Below, piece after piece: positions 62,115 through 64,000 of a stretch of 64,000 nt of DNA. A model generated the notes under the pieces. It made no database searches. It was not told the origin of the DNA and saw only the letters and a list, made by a program, of their open reading frames with translations. Where the stretch lies: NCBI GenBank assembly GCA_963717935.1, contig CAVQXP010000004.1, forward strand, positions 32,001 through 96,000, written 5' to 3'. The stretch comes from Candidatus Eiseniibacteriota bacterium. Lineage in GTDB: Bacteria > Eisenbacteria > RBG-16-71-46. The number at the start of each line of letters is the position of its first letter. Position 1 is the first letter of the stretch. The position numbers and the translations under genes were made by a program.

Positions 62115-63457
62115 GCACGGAAGAGCGGCTGGAGATCCTGGTGGTGGACGACGATCCGGCCATCCGGAGCGCCCTGCGGCGGGCGCTCGAGGGCGCCGGG
62201 CACGTCGTGCAGGAGGCCGCGGACGCAGCCGAGGGCCTGGCCCGGCTGGATCCGCGGGCGACGGACGTCGTGCTGCTCGACATCAACCTGCCCGGGCTCG
62301 ACGGACTCGACGCGCTCGAGCGCTTCCGCGAGCAGGCCCCGGTCACGGCGGTCATCATGGTGACCGGCGAGGCGACGCTCGCCAACGCGATGCGGGCGGG
62401 CCAGCGTGGCGCCTACGATTTCATCGAGAAGCCGCCCGACCTGCCGCACCTGCTCGGGGTCGTGGCCGAGGCCGGACACGTCGCGCGGTTGCGCCGCCGG
62501 CCGGCCGCCCCGCCCGGCGAGCCCGAACTCGGCATCGTGGGGCGGAGCGCGGCCCTGCAGGCCGTGCTCGAACAGGCCCGCCGCATCGCGCCATCCCAGG
62601 GGCGCGTGCTCATCACCGGGGAGAGCGGCTCGGGCAAGGAGCTCTTCGCCTACCTGATCCACGCGCTCTCGAAGCGCGCGGACGGGCCGTTCGTGAAGCT
62701 CAATTGCGCGGCCATCCCGCGGGACCTCCTCGAGAGCGAGCTGTTCGGCTACGAGCGGGGCGCGTTCACCGGGGCCGTGGCGGGCAAGAAGGGCCGCCTC
62801 GAACTGGCCGACCGGGGCACGCTGTTCCTCGACGAGGTCGGCGACCTGTCGCTCGAGGCGCAGGCCAAGCTGCTGCGCGCCATCGAGACCGGTGAGGTCG
62901 AGCGCCTGGGTGGCACCAAGACCTCGCGCGTGGACGTGCGGATCGTGGCTGCCACGCACAAGGATCTCGCCACGGCCGTCCCCGAAGGCGAGTTCCGCGA
63001 GGATCTCTACTACCGCCTCAACGTGTTGCCGATCCACGTGCCGCCGCTGCGCGAGCGCCGCGGCGACCCGGTCCTGCTGGCCGGGCACTTCCTGGCGACG
63101 TTCTGCCACGCCGAGGAGAGGCCGCCGAAACGGCTGAGCCCCGAGGTGCAGCAGGTGCTGGAGGACTACCACTGGCCGGGGAACGTGCGCGAACTGCGCA
63201 ATCTCATGGAGCGCGCCGTCGTCCTCGTGCCGGGCGAGGAGATCCGCGCCGAGGATCTGCTGCCCTGGCTCGAGAGCGCGTCCAGCCGCGAGGAGACGGC
63301 GGGGCTGCGCGGCGAGATCGAGCGGCGCGAGGCCGACGCCATCCGCAAGGCCCTGGAGAACGCGGGCTGGAACGTGACGCAGGCCGCGGCGAGCCTCGGG
63401 ATCGACCGCACGAACCTGCACCGCAAGATGCGCAAGTACGGCATCAGCCGCCGCTGA
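62111..63457 (+). CDS. NtrX/NtrC-family sigma54-dependent response regulator
   Basis: ATG at 62111; VVDDD, LLDINLP, GESGSGK, GAFTGA, WPGNVREL, HTH. Confidence 0.95.
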   Translation: MSTEERLEILVVDDDPAIRSALRRALEGAGHVVQEAADAAEGLARLDPRATDVVLLDINLPGLDGLDALERFREQAPVTAVIMVTGEATLANAMRAGQRGAYDFIEKPPDLPHLLGVVAEAGHVARLRRRPAAPPGEPELGIVGRSAALQAVLEQARRIAPSQGRVLITGESGSGKELFAYLIHALSKRADGPFVKLNCAAIPRDLLESELFGYERGAFTGAVAGKKGRLELADRGTLFLDEVGDLSLEAQAKLLRAIETGEVERLGGTKTSRVDVRIVAATHKDLATAVPEGEFREDLYYRLNVLPIHVPPLRERRGDPVLLAGHFLATFCHAEERPPKRLSPEVQQVLEDYHWPGNVRELRNLMERAVVLVPGEEIRAEDLLPWLESASSREETAGLRGEIERREADAIRKALENAGWNVTQAAASLGIDRTNLHRKMRKYGISRR

Positions 63458-63596
63458 TGCGCCCCGCGCGCGTGAGCGGGGCCGGGACGTGGCGCGATGG
63501 CGCGCGCGTGTCGCGCGAACGCCACACCGCGCCCGCCGGCAGCCGCGACCGGCGTCCCGGGCACCGCGCCCATCGCGCGCCGGCGTGGGCGGTCGG

Positions 63597-63611
63597 TGGT
63601 ATGGGGTTTGC
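63597..63611 (+). promoter_or_regulatory. sigma54 promoter of the downstream gene
   Basis: TGGTATGGGGTTTGC (GG-N10-GC), 40 bp upstream of GTG 63651. Confidence 0.6.
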
Positions 63612-63650
63612 GAAGGGCGTGGAGCGCTCCCACCCTGCTCCGGAGGTGAC

Positions 63651-64000
63651 GTGAGACCCATCATCCCCACCCTGCTGCTGGCGGTCCTGGCCCTGACCGG
63701 CGGGCACCCGACCCGCGCCGCCGAGCCCGACACGCTCGGGGCACCCCCACCCGGACTGCTCGAATTCGCTCCCCTCGCCCCCGAGCCCGATTCCGCGGAC
63801 ATCCCCTGCAACCCGGACGCCGGGCTGGTGCGCGAGGCCGAGTGGCTCAGCGCCCCCTTCGGCGAGCGGCTGCTCACCGAGCCCGAGGCGTGGCGCACGT
63901 GGCACGGCCACAACGGGCGCCTCAAGCCGATCGCCGACTACAACCGCGTGGACCTGCTCCGGATCGGCTTCGCCGGCGAGGCGCAGGACCCGTCCACCAT
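63651..64000 (+). CDS. Secreted or outer-membrane protein, N-terminal part (runs off the window end)
   Basis: GGAGG RBS; VRPIIPTLLLAVLALTGG signal peptide; DYNRVD motif seen in outer-membrane beta-barrel proteins. Confidence 0.65.
   Translation, partial: MRPIIPTLLLAVLALTGGHPTRAAEPDTLGAPPPGLLEFAPLAPEPDSADIPCNPDAGLVREAEWLSAPFGERLLTEPEAWRTWHGHNGRLKPIADYNRVDLLRIGFAGEAQDPST

Overview
High-GC, Gram-negative (diderm) bacterial chromosome segment. Gene content (lpxH, mlaDEF, PorV-like protein, many sigma54 activators, selB) suggests an FCB-allied lineage such as Ca. Eisenbacteria; this is inference only. The backbone is housekeeping: radA, mlaDFE, intein-containing dnaB, udg, coaBC, rpoZ, gmk, yicC, selB, murA, prmC, prfA, rpmE, rho, lpdA, amidase, degP, lpxH, ppx and rlmN. 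Accessory elements include a HigBA-like toxin-antitoxin pair, a low-GC island encoding a nuclease-helicase (DUF2075-like), and several two-component systems. Many essential genes carry small frameshifts, densest at 41.8-50.3 kb, most likely long-read assembly errors. The most notable signal is an unannotated sigma54 layer, with -24/-12 promoters visible in intergenic DNA. (1) A small secreted protein gene and a TPR-GAF-AAA+ sigma54 activator are followed by a sigma54 promoter driving a ~430-nt highly structured non-coding RNA, a possible peptide-sensing or quorum-like circuit. (2) A sigma54 operon inserted between prfA and prmC encodes a membrane protein, a CxxC thioredoxin-like protein and two secreted Cys-containing hydrophobic peptides, a possible two-peptide bacteriocin system. 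(3) A ~110-nt sigma54 sRNA candidate with anti-Shine-Dalgarno-like tracts lies next to an NtrBC-type system. Several genes also appear to be leaderless.
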